From Octopus bimaculoides (taxonomy: Eukaryota): a DNA stretch of 64,000 nucleotides. The notes below the pieces were generated by a model, which ran no database searches, was not told where the DNA came from, and saw nothing but the letters and a program-made list of their open reading frames with translations. The stretch's first letter is position 1; each line of letters starts with the position of its first letter. Where the stretch lies: contig NC_068985.1 in assembly GCF_001194135.2 (NCBI RefSeq), forward strand, positions 407,376-471,375, in the 5' to 3' direction. The translations under genes and the position numbers were made by a program. Below are positions 40,521 to 52,913 of the stretch, one piece after another.

Positions 40521-41117
40521 AACCTGGGGAGACCTCTTGATTTAGCCATGCACTTTACCAAATAGCATTATTTAGGAGCTCTAAAGGTGTGACTTTTCAC
40601 CAAGGAAAATTCCACAGAAAAGTGTTTTTCCCAGTCCTGTATCTCTCCCCTCTTTTCACTCTCTTGTGCTCTCACACCCTTTCTACTCCTGATTCTATCT
40701 CTCTCCTCATTTTTCTACCCTTTCTCTCAATATTTGTCTTCTATTCTTCTCTCCTTCATTTTCACCCTCTTTAGACTTGTGTGAAGGAAAGTTTGTGCAT
40801 CAACTTCAGATGCATGTCTGAGTGAGGAGTGCATATATGCATACAGAAGTGTGCTTGCTTGCAAAAGCATGAACAATGTACATGTGTGTGGGTATGCCTA
40901 TGTGTCTTTGTACATTTATGCATCTGTTTACAAATATGTATGTGTGTGTGAGAGAGAAAGAGTTGCCGTGAATATTAGAAGGCCGCTTAGAGAAGGCAAA
41001 GAGGATGACAATCTAAGTTAAACCTGAATATTGCTCTTTAGTTTCATTTTCTTGCCTCCATATTCTTTTTTGCAGATGTTGCTGGTGACTTCCAGCCCTG
41101 TATAATGTTTAAATGTT

Positions 41118-41520
41118 ATGTTTGGCTAAGACATTTGCTTCCCAATCACACGGTTCCAGGTTCAGATCCACTGTGAGTTACCTCAGGCAAGTGTCTTCTA
41201 CAATAGCCCTGGGCCATGCAAAGCTTTGTGAGCAGATTTTATAGACAGAAACTGAATGTATGTGTGTGTATGTTTGTGTGTGTGCATGCATACGTGCATG
41301 GATGCATGCGTGTGTGTGTGTCTTTGTATTTGTCCCCACCACTCTGCTTGACAACTAATGCTGGTTTGTTTACATATCCATAACTTAGCAGTTTGGCAAA
41401 AGGGACTGATAGAATCAGTACCAGGCTTAAAGCTAACTATTGAGGGCAATTTCCTTGACCAAACCCTTCAAGCTGATGCCCCAGCATGGCCACATTCTAA
41501 TGACTGAAACAAATAAAGGA
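41118..41520 (+). mobile_element. SINE family A, degenerate full-length copy
   Basis: ggttccaggttcagatcc..ggcaagtgtcttctacaatagcc..cagcatggccac..gactgaaacaaataaagg. Confidence 0.8.
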
Positions 41521-43164
41521 GAAAAATAAGAACCAACATGGGAAGATTAGTTTGATGATGATGATGCTGATGGAAAATCTCAAATGGCTCCGCTTTTGTA
41601 ACTGACAGAAGTCTTTATAGCCTGAAGGTCGAATGAATTTAGAATTTATTTCTGTTTCCTGGTATATAAAATGGTGCTGTTATCTTGGACTTATCAATCA
41701 AAGATCACTATATTCACATGTGTACATCTGTCTACTTGTTTGTCTATCTATATCTATCTATCTCACTCTTTCTCTCTTTCTCTATCTATCTATCTGTCTA
41801 TCTATCTACACACACACAGAGGTATAAAACCTACTTTTATATTTGTGATGGATGATACTCAGATAAAACATGAAACATAGTACAAGGTACAAGAAATTAT
41901 TTATTATTAGAAGGATATGGGAAAATTAGGATGCTATTGTGGCTTTTGATTGACTGATGGAGAATAATTGAAAAATAAAAAAGAAGCAATAAAAGAATTT
42001 AAAAAAAAGAATGGCTTTGATTAAAGATAAAAAGAAAATTAGAAATATTACAGGTGGAAGATAATATATATGAAAATATGTAAAAAAAAAAAAAAAAAAG
42101 GCAGCAAGTCAGATTTTGGATATATGAGAGGGGAGAAGTTACTTTACACCTATACTTCTGCTGAGGAGCAGCAGTGACCAGAAGCAGAGAAACAATTACC
42201 TCACCTAGGAACAGAATTATCAAATGCTAAATGATAGTGATGATACATGCATACTAATATATATACAATCACACATTTACAAAAAAGGGACAAGAGATAC
42301 ATGATGTTAGAATGGGGACATTAAAAAGAATTTCTCATTAGAGTTATTTGTGCTTAAATTTAATGTGACATCTAGAAAGTTTACAGTCAAAAGGTTACTG
42401 TGCTAACTGTATTATTTTAGGTAAATCATCCAAAAATATTCAGCTGCGTGTCCCTCAATAGACACTTTTAAAAACCATATAAATGTGAAACCGATTAAGT
42501 GGACTAATATTAACATAAATAAATCTTTTGATACACTCTGTACATTTTCAATTTCATTTGGTTCCTTAACAACTTGCGGCACTGATTAGTGGCTATTTTT
42601 GATTTATATATAAGTCAATTCAAACAAACAATTCAAATAAATGCAAACAACAAAAAAATTTAAAAAAACAGACATGAGGATGTACACAAGAAATCTATTA
42701 GCTTGATGCTCAGTGAAAAGGGAGAGTTTGATGTTTTGAGCATAGCTCTTTGTCGGGAAGGAGAAAAGGAATAGTCCAAAGATGTAAAAGAAATCACGGC
42801 ACTCTTGCAGTTACATTGCTGAAGTGACCAGAAGTGGTTTTCTAGGAGAGGAGAGTGCAAAGATGGTCATTATGCATGTGTGGTGGTAAGTGTATGCATG
42901 TGTTTGTACGAGTTGTCTGTGCATGCGTGTGTGGTAGGATCTGTGTATGTGTGTGTATGTGTTAGTGTGAGTAGTATGTGTGTGGTAGTATTGGTGCACG
43001 TGTTTGTGTCACTCCATGAGCAGGGCAGTAGCAGGTCATTGTGTGTGAGTGGGTGGGCGTGGCTGTGTGTGTGCGTACATGTGATTGTATGTGTGCATAT
43101 GACAGGTGCATGTGTGTGTGTGTGTCTCTCTCTCTCTTTCTATATATATGTATGTGTGAGAGTA

Positions 43165-43210
<46 letters not shown>

Positions 43211-43881
43211 CAAATTGCAAATAGCAAAACAACAAAAGCCAAAAGTATGAACACATGGAATGTATTGGCTTCACGCAGAGCATAAGATGGAAAAAAAGGA
43301 GGATATATAATGTGTTGAGCATGGCTCTCCATCAGAAAGAGGAGAGAGGAAAGGTCCGAAGGTAAAGAAAGGTCCAAGGAAAGCATGTGTGTGATTATAT
43401 GGCTGAAGTGACAGGAAGTGGAGAGATATATAGAAAGTGGTTTTTAAGACAGGAGAGTGCAAAAATGGCCCACGTATGTGTGTGTGTAAACATATATCAG
43501 ATGAACAGTTTTCTGTTTCCATCTACCATATCTGCTCAGAAGATTTTAGTCAGCCAAGTGTTATAGAAGAACACAGTTGCCAAAGGTATCTTGCAAACAT
43601 ACACCTGCCTCACATACATAGATGCACACCTACATATATATGTATGTGTGTCTGTGTGTAGTTGAAATTTACAGAAAAACAAAAGATGAAGACAGGTGTA
43701 TGAACAACAAGCAGGTATATTAGTTTGATGCTCAGGAAAGTGAAAAAGTCTTTTACATTTTGGGCCTATGCTCTTCAACAGAAAGGAATAAGAGAAAATA
43801 AACAGAGAGAGAATAAAAAAACTTGTGGAGTTAGTGGTCAAGCATGGCAACTGTGTGTATGTATGATATATACACACATGG

Positions 43882-43915
<34 letters not shown>

Positions 43916-43917
43916 GC

Positions 43918-44253
43918 ATCGCCTTTCTGGCACTTGTGCCGGTGGCACGTGAAAAAACATTCAAGCGAGGTAGTTGTCAGTGCTGCTGGACTGGCTCCCA
44001 TGCAGGTAGCAAGTAAAAATCACCATTTTGAGCCTGGCCGTTGCCAGGACCCGCCTGACTGGCCCTCATGCCGGTGGTATGTAAAAGCACCCACTACACT
44101 CTCAGAGTGGTTGGCGTTAGGAAGAGTATCCAGCTGTAGAAACTCTGCCAGATCAGATTGGAGCCTGGTGCAGCCATCTGGTTCACTAGTCCTCAATCAA
44201 ATCGTCCAACCCATGCCAGCAGGGAAAGCGGACGTTAAAGGACGATGATGATA
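43918..44253 (+). mobile_element. RTE family R 3' UTR with three tandem ~70-nt units
   Basis: Units at about 43925, 43990 and 44055, then the common terminal segment and (GAT)n. Confidence 0.9.
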
Positions 44254-44344
44254 TGTGTGTGTGTGAGGTGGTGAGCTGGCACATAATAATAATAACATCG
44301 AAAAATACGTTAGGAATGAGAACCCAGGTTTGAAATTTCCCCAA

Positions 44345-44390
44345 GACACCTGATGAAGGCTGGAGGGGATATTAACCGAAATGTTGTGTT
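44345..44390 (+). ncRNA. Minimal type-I hammerhead ribozyme motif (Penelope-type), partly decayed
   Basis: GACAC-CTGATGA-a-ggctg[gaggggatat]taacc-GAAA-TGTT-GTGTT: both core boxes present, stem I GACAC/GTGTT, stem II imperfect, stem III is a one-base decay of the palindrome AACGTT. Confidence 0.6.
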
Positions 44391-45329
44391 AAAACAATAA
44401 ACCAGATGAGGACAAATATCTGTCAAATATAAATAATGTACATAATTGCGCATCTCTTAAATATAGAACTGAAATATATATATAACCATCATCATCATCC
44501 TCATTATCATCATTTAACATCTGTTTTCCATACTTGTTTTGTTTTGTTTACTCTCGTTCCTAATGGTCCCCAAGAAAACTTTTTTGAGGGCACAACCAAT
44601 TGGGAAGTGCTCAGTCTTATCGTTAAAGATGTAAAACTGAATATTACCAATTGGTCAATAACTCATGAAGATTTACAGACCTTCTGTTTGCTTCCTGTTC
44701 GTTTTTATATTCCGTATACGTTATGTCATTTGTTTATTTACCATACGTTTTTTCATATATATATATATATAAATGTATGTATGTATATATCAGAGGCAAA
44801 GGGTCTATGTATGCAACACATGCGGTGCATGCCTTACTATTTTCCCATGATAAATCATTTTTGTGTAATCATATAATTAATTATTGATGATCTTCATTAG
44901 ATTTATTGTAATCATATTTACTTTTATTTCGCATTCCTTCATTTCTTAGCATAAAATGGTCAACAGAAAGAAAAGGAAAGAGAAGCAAATTCTTCACTGC
45001 TTGCTTTCAGTTATAGTAAGGGCAGTGATGTTATTTTCTTTGTATTCTATTATTTTTGAGAAGGGAGCGTTAAAAAGAGGAAGTTGGTGTGTGCATGCAT
45101 GTGTGTGTGCGTGTGTGTGTGTGATTAAAAAGTTAAGTTCTCATCCATTCGTTCATGCCAATGCTTAAAAATTTAATATTAAATATCTTAAGTTATTTAC
45201 TAAAGGTTACATTAAAAAGTAAACTAGCACCTAAATTATTTGTTAGCATAAAACTTCAATTTATTTAAAAAAAGATTATAACCCATAGAATTTCTCATGC
45301 TTTCACTCACCCCCAAGATGGCAAAAGGG

Positions 45330-46060
45330 TCAATTAGTTCAGTTTTCTCTCTATTTTCCCCAACCTTGAAACAGATGGAAAGAATATTATCATTCTTGGA
45401 AAAGAGAAACCAAAGCTTAAGTTGAAAATCAAAACCGAAGTGGGCAGCAAGGAATGTCATCGTTATTTTGATTGAAAGTATTATGAATAGTCTGAGTGAA
45501 TAACAAGATGACCAATTCTGAACAAATTTTTCTGTTTCCCACGTCTATTAGTTTGTCAGTATAAGAACACATTTTCTCAGCTTTGAAGTGATATTGAAAA
45601 CAAATATCACTTTCAAGTGATATTCAAAACGAAACCATTTAATTCTATAATTGTTACAAATGAAGGTGTAATTAAGTCAATGATCGGAAAAAGAAAACAG
45701 CATTTTTTGCTGTTGTGTTTGGTGAGACTACAAACCTTTGAATGAAATCTTAACTGTCGTCACATGTCTTGCAATTTGTTGATGAGAAGGAAAGGCTTCA
45801 AGACAGATTAAGATAATCAGTCGATGTCAGTAAAGAGAGAAGAGCTGCACCATTGACAGAAGTTGTACATTGTTAGACACATTCACTTAATTTGATAATC
45901 TCTCAATTAGCTTCAAGAGTTTGTGAACGTCGAATTTTCTTTCAAACTTTAAAAAGAATTTCGACTTTTTTCTCAAAGTTGATGGCTTGAATAGGGCCTA
46001 CTGGATGAAATCACTAGAAGGTGATTTCCAAAGTTTTATGTACACTTCTCATGTCTTACT
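45330..46060 (+). mobile_element. Decayed hAT-superfamily transposase (TTF-type zinc finger plus DUF4371-like region)
   Basis: IIILGKEKPKLKLK..CHRYFD*KYYE..FFCFPRLL; LSSDIQNE; FFAVVFGETT..VLQFVDEKERLQDR..DVSKERRA; RIFFQTLKRISTFFSK. Frameshifted. Confidence 0.65.
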
Positions 46061-46245
46061 AACCACTTCAAAAGGGTGCACTGTAGTGGGGAAATTATTT
46101 TCATTTTCAGACTCCCCATATCTCAAAGCATATAAAATACTACAATTTTTATGGAAAACGGGGGACAGCAGAATATGCAGATATCACCCCCACGAATCTC
46201 AGTGGGGTGGACTGCATGCCCTAGTTTCCTAGTCATCCTTCACCA

Positions 46246-46291
<46 letters not shown>

Positions 46292-48298
46292 CATACACGA
46301 CAGGCTTCTTTCAGTTTCTGTCTACCGAATCCACTCACAAGGTTCAGAGTTTCACATGACTATTTATGTGATAATAGAGATAAGTAAAGAGATTCTTATA
46401 AATTTTCAGTATACATAAACATTAATGGAAACCACTTCAATGAATAGGCTGACTGGGCAACTACTTTTTAAATAAGGGTAGAAGTGGGAGGCAAGTGGGA
46501 ATTGGCCATAACGGAAGAAATATATATAAACAATAGTTGAATCAGAAAACTTTAAGTCAAAGATATGCACTAGAAATGAGTGAAAAAATAAACAGAATTA
46601 GGTAGACGATGTCAAAAGAAAAAGAAAGAAAGGAAGAAATCGCAAGTGATTTAAATTGAAAATAACAGAAGTAAATCTAAAATGAAAGATTAAAAATTAT
46701 AGTTGGAATTAGAAATGATGCAAGCAGTGAGTAGCCAACTTATGTAGGACATTCTTGCTTTTGGTCAAACTGAGATTACAACTTTTAATGCAAAAATTGT
46801 ATCTAGCAACAACTGCACAGTTGTAGCTAAAACTGCATTAAACTGACATATACTAACAATTAAAGCATAGACATTAGTTTAGGTAAAAATTCTGCCATCA
46901 TTGCATTTATAAAAAGGATCTGGAAATGGATCCGTATCTAAATATTAGTGAAGTCAGGATTTTATAATTATTGTTTTGTAGCAGTCTTTATTTGCTATAA
47001 CTATTTTTTAATATGGCAGATTATTGTAACAATAATATACAATCATTAATATACAATCATAAATATACAATCATTAATAGATGTTGGGAAATAGAATGAT
47101 TGCTGAGTATATATTTGTATGAGTAATGTGCTTTGTTAACTACATCAGTATGTAGCATTATGATAATTATATCAATAGAATCTATGTTGCATTCAATTTG
47201 TTGTTAGCTGATCTGTATTACTTTCAGATTTTTGCACTTTTTTAATTCCTTTTGTCATGCTAGTCTGAATTTTGAAGCTACTAATATTTTATAAATTGCT
47301 AGTTGATTTCTCATTTATTACACCATCGTTAAGTCCTGTGTAGAAACATCTACATTAACCATGAGCAGAATAGTATCTACTTTGGAAAAGTTGCAAAGTA
47401 GAGTAATATGCTATGAGGAGCAACACACAATTATAAATGTTGTAGGATCTAAACCCTTGATTTTGGGGGCCAACAATCAAAAACATAAACGCTTTAGCTA
47501 TCTCATGATTTGAAACAATTAAAATATTTTCAACTTTACATTTTTTTTGACCAGATCCACAGAGAATATTTAACGTTGTTTTGATTACTTCAAACCAGTT
47601 TTCTGGAATTGAAAATATCTAGGGAAAACATGTTAAGTCGGAAGTCAAAAATATATTTTTTTTGTAATATTAGAGGCCTAATGCTCTAATACCTTCCATT
47701 TGGCTGGAAGCATGCAGTAGTAATACTGTTCTCTTACATAAGAATACACAGATTTCATAACAGACAGAGGATTTGTTTTGAAAGAAGGGATTTTCTATAA
47801 CAAATGTGAAAAAAAGATTATCAGCCACTGAACAATCTTGCAGCAAGCACAAACAGCTGAAAGCTATGAGTATGCAAGAACTATTCACAGAGCAAAGAAA
47901 AAGAATATGGAAAATAGTTAATCTAAACTTTGGGAAAACAAAATTCAAATTAAATAAATGACAATAGAAAAAAATAATCTCAACTAAAAGAAAATATATA
48001 AGAAAAAGAATAAAAGTTAAAATTTTAATTGAATTTAAAAAATAAAATGATGGGAAAAAAAGTCTGCTTAAAAAAAAAAGAAAAGCAGCGTATAGAAGCC
48101 AGGATTTTCCAAGAATTTGTAACCATGAAATCTGATTGCTTGACACTTCTATTTCAGTGAGAACTTTGCAGAGGGACATGTATTGCTCGGGGGAAATTTT
48201 CTAGTGTTATATCCATCATTCGGATTGCGGCCACCTTTTATCTAATGAATGCAAATACATTTTTTGAGGAGTGGGGCTATTTCATTTTTTATTTATTA

Positions 48299-48343
<45 letters not shown>

Positions 48344-49338
48344 TACACATAAGGCAGAAGTGCAAGTGTTCAAGCGAGTCAGGTTTCTAACTGCTCTTCA
48401 CCTCTTCTTCTGTGGTGGCTAAAGATGATTTTTAATTGACTTCTATTGGTATACAAGGACAGCTGCAATCGTTTCTCTATGCAGTGGTTTGATATTATAT
48501 GGCTACATGCGGCTGTCAATTCTGTCTATAAACTTAAATTGGCCTCTGTCACTATTTGAAGTGCCATCTGCCTTATTCCTAAGAGAAATAGATGATGTGC
48601 TGAAATGGTATTTAATGGATAGCCAAGCTATGCTGAACCTAAGACAATATTAGCAACAACAACAGCAATCTCTTAGTTGGACATAAATTTGAAAATTGAA
48701 ACAGACTTGTGAGTTCAGTTCACTGAGCAATTTATGTGACACCGTCAGTAGGATACATACAACAACAGCAACAACAGCAGCACCAATGATAAAACGTATG
48801 AAAAATTCTTTTTCTTTTAATCATAATGATTTGTTTTAGTAATAGTATTTTGACTGAAAATAGAACCATTAACATTTTCATAATTATACTACCGACAGGA
48901 CATAATACTTAATTGACTTCATCAAAGACAACCACTGGTACATATTTCATAGCTCCCCAAAGGAAGACAATATAAATTGATTCCTATAGGGATTAAACTA
49001 AAAATATATGCAAACTGTTCCCTATCACCTCAATTTGGTTCTTCTGAAATTTAAAAAATAAAAGGAAAAATAACTGGAGTCTATAATGGAATATCTCTCA
49101 AGATGAATAATCTTCCTAAAGAAAAGTGGTAATCAGATTAGTGTCAACACTGAAGATAATATCATTGTCCATTTTGGGGACCTTTTAACAAATCTTCCTC
49201 GATATTGTGAGAAAATAATAAAATGTCCACAATTTAGATGGTTCATATCTCATGCATATGGCAAACCCTACTTTTTTCTGTCAAGGGCTCATATTCTCCA
49301 ATATTAGACTATTTACCTTAATCAATGCATGATGATTG

Positions 49339-49381
<43 letters not shown>

Positions 49382-50677
49382 ATACACACACGTGTGCACA
49401 TGCGTATGCACACACACACACATTTATATATATACTATATAAATGTGAGTGCATGTGGTTATCGATGTGTAATTAGCCCATAAAGGTTTGGAAACAGAGC
49501 ATCCTCGAGAAATGGGAATTTGATTTTTGAAACCTGCATCCCATAGGAAAGGTCGTCTGTAAACAAAAACAAAAAACAACATAATCTCCTCCAAGAAATA
49601 ACTCAACATTTTGATTGACAACTCTGCCTTTCTCTATCAATCACCAACAATTCATCTCTCTCTATTATTTACTGTACTCTTTGAAACTCATTCTCTTTGA
49701 AACTCATACTCTTTGTATATGTAAGAACTCTCATGCCTTGCTTTCATTTTCTTTAAAACCTGTTCTAATGTTTACATTCATTATATGACAGCTGTTACAC
49801 ACAAATCCTGTTTTCTGATTGGATAAAAATGATTAAATTTTAAACCTCTGTAACATTTTTCTGAAATTTTTCTTGAATAAATGAATCTCAAACTCAGATT
49901 CAGCATGCAAAAGTACATTAATATACCAAACTTGAAAATTTTTACTTAATTTTAATATTTCAAAATCTGTGACAGTGACAAATTAGATTTTCCATCTCAA
50001 CCATTTTTTCTTAGTAAACTTTCTCACTCTCTATGAAAGTATATCATTCATGCTGAGTGTGCATGTGTATGCATGTGTGTAAGGAATTTCATTAGGGTGA
50101 CAGAATGGTTTTAAAAAAAAGTATGTAAAAGATAATTCATTTCCTTAGTGTACTTTTCTGTGAGTAAATATGTTTCACACACACACACACACACACTCTC
50201 ATACTTGTTTGATGTGGGATGGGGTTAAAGATTTAAATAATATTTTTTGTTGTTATTGTTTTCACTCTCAATAAAAGTATATCACTCCTGCTGAGTGTGT
50301 GTGTGTGTTTGTCTGTGTGTGTGTTTATACATGTGATTTAAAAAAGGTAAAAATAATTTATTTTAGTAACATACTTTTCTGTTAGTAAATAAGTTTTTTT
50401 GTCTATACACACACACACACACACACACACGTGCATAGGTACGTGGACTTGCTTGATGTGGGATAGGATTAAAGATTTAAATATCAAATTTTTTGCTGTT
50501 GCTGCTTAAATCCCGGTACTTAACCACTGCATTACCATTCTATAAAATGTTTTTATGGGAAGAAAAATATTTAAAAATATCAATATATTTTAGAGTGACA
50601 AAGAAACGAGGAAAGTACCAGGTGGTTGTGGGATGTGCTAGAAACAGCACTAAATGATTATGATGATATATATATAT

Positions 50678-50880
50678 ATCATCATCATCATTATTTAGCA
50701 TCTTTCCTCCATGCTGGCATGAGCTGGATGGTTTAACAGATGCTGGCAAGTCACGAGACTGTGCCAAGTTCTACTGTCTACTTTAGCATGGTTTCTAAGC
50801 CTGGATGCTCTTCCTAAACCCAACCACTTTACAAAGTGTATTGGCTGCTTTTTACATGAGATCAGTACCAATAAAGTGAC
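50678..50880 (-). mobile_element. RTE family R 3' end, older subfamily
   Basis: (CAT)n..ccatgctggcatg..ggatgctcttcctaaacccaaccactttac. Confidence 0.8.
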
Positions 50881-51280
50881 TCAGTATCTCACAAGTTAAG
50901 ATCTGCCCATCGAGGAGAGAGTAATATTGAGGTAGATGGCTTTGTGCCAGGTGATGAGATGCTGGACATGAACAGAGGCACAGAAATAGGTATTTTGTAG
51001 TAGAAGAGATTCATGGCTGTCTTAGTTGGTGAGAGAGGAGTGAGAAAGTGTATAGAGAGAGGGATAGAGTAGAGTGAGAGAGCAGATGTGTTTACATATA
51101 TATATATATCATCATCAGCATCATTTAAACATCTGCCTTCCATGATAACATGGGTATATAATCATGGCAAAGAATATTGAAATTTTTGCAAGAACATAAA
51201 TTTGGAAAGAGAGAAAATTTTAAAGTGGAAAACGGAAAGTAAAATTGTGATCATGGAAACTGAAGCAGTTAACCAAGAAA

Positions 51281-52620
51281 TATCAAGTCATTAAGAGCGA
51301 AATGTCCGATTTTCTTTTGCACCAAGTTTGACAGTTGTTAACTCTAACGTTTAATCCTGACAATTCTTTGTTTTACAACATTGAAGAGTTACATCATAGC
51401 TTTTCGAAATGCAATTCATAGTGTCTGATTATATTGTGAGTTTCCTTTTGTAAATCAATTTTTGTGAACCCATGGATAGATAAAAAATTCCTGTTGTTTA
51501 TGAATATGAGTTCTGTCATGGAACCAATGCATCCCAGACAGCTTGAAACATCAATGAGGTGTTTGGTGAAGATGTGGTGAATGAGCACACTGTATGTCGA
51601 TGGTTTGAGAAGCTCCGGTCTAGTGACTTTACTCTTGAAAATCAGCCCTGTGGTAGACTTGAGACCAAGGTTGATAATGATGAGCTGGAAACTGTAGGGG
51701 AAGCAGATACATCTCAAACTATGCATCAGTTAACAGCAAGGTTTGATGTNNNNNNNNNNNNNNNNNNNNNNNNNNNNNNNNNNNNNNNNNNNNNNNNNNN
51801 NNNNNNNNNNNNNNNNNNNNNNNNNNNNNNNNNNNNNNNNNNNNNNNNNNNNNNNNNNNNNNNNNNNNNNNNNNNNNNNNNNNNNNNNNNNNNNNNNNNN
51901 NNNNNNNNNNNNNNNNNNNNNNNNNNATCAAATGACACGTCATCTTGAAACTTGTTCTTTGCTGTCACAGCATAAAAGCAAACCCTGTTTTAGCATTGTA
52001 TTGTCATGTGTGATGAAAAATGGAATTTTTTCAAGAATAGCAAGCATTCTGCATGGTGGTTGTGAAGAGATGAAGTGCCAAAACACAATCCAAAAAAGAG
52101 TACTTACCAAAAATAGCTAATGGTGTCTGGTGGTCCAGTGCTGGTGTCATCCACCAGAGCATTATGAGACCTGGTAAGTCAATTACAGTGGATTTGTACA
52201 TCAACCAATTGGATGAAATGATGAGTGAGCTTGCAATTAAACAACTGAGATTGGTGAATAGTGACAGGCCAATTCTCTTGCAAGACAATGCTTGACCACA
52301 TATTGCACAAAGAACACTACTAAAGTTACAGGAACTGAACTTGGAAGTGCTCTGTCATCCACCATATTCACCAGATCTTGCACCAACTGACTCTCACATT
52401 TTCCAGGTTTTAGACAACTTATTGCAAGGAAAAAACTTCAAATCTGAAGAACATGCAAAAACTGCCTCTTGTGATTTCATCACCTCTTGCTCTCCAGAAT
52501 TCTTCACTACTGGCATTAATAAGCTACCGATAAAATGGCAAAATTGTGTTGATAATTTAGGTGCATACTTTGATTACCTTTCAGTTCAAAATTGGACATT
52601 TCATTCTTAATGACCTGATA
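51281..52620 (+). mobile_element. Full-extent mariner DNA transposon (D,D34D type), inactivated, with central gap
   Basis: TIRs tatcaagtcattaagagcgaaatgtccgatttt (51281-51313) and aaaattggacatttcattcttaatgacctgata (52588-52620) with terminal TA; HTH TVCRWFEKL, CDEKW, LLQDNA*PH, HPPYSPDLAPTD, WQNCVDNLGAYFD. Confidence 0.92.
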
Positions 52621-52913
52621 AACAAATTAAGATCTGGAGAGAATATAACTTCTTTTGAGTAAAGTCATGCATAGAAATGACTCAGAATAAAATAGTAAAA
52701 GAAAATACTCATAAGAATATTTTTATATTGTTATCATGTAAATTTAAGTTACACAACTTCAGTGAAATATATACACTTAGTAAGAATATCATAACAATGA
52801 TAATTTCTAAAGCATGAAGAACGAAAGCAAAATCGGCCTTTCATTGAGTTGGACACAGAGAGTACACTGAAGAAGATTATGTAACTTTGAAATTTATAAA
52901 TATTATTCTAAAT

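Noticed and set aside
45378-45478. Apparent terminal exon DGKNIIILGKEKPKLKLKIKTEVGSKECHRYFD*
   Set aside because: Better explained as the N-terminal part of the decayed hAT transposase that continues downstream.
47900-48200. Tc1-like HTH trace (SISVRTLQRDM)
   Set aside because: A single short motif without TIRs or a DDE core.
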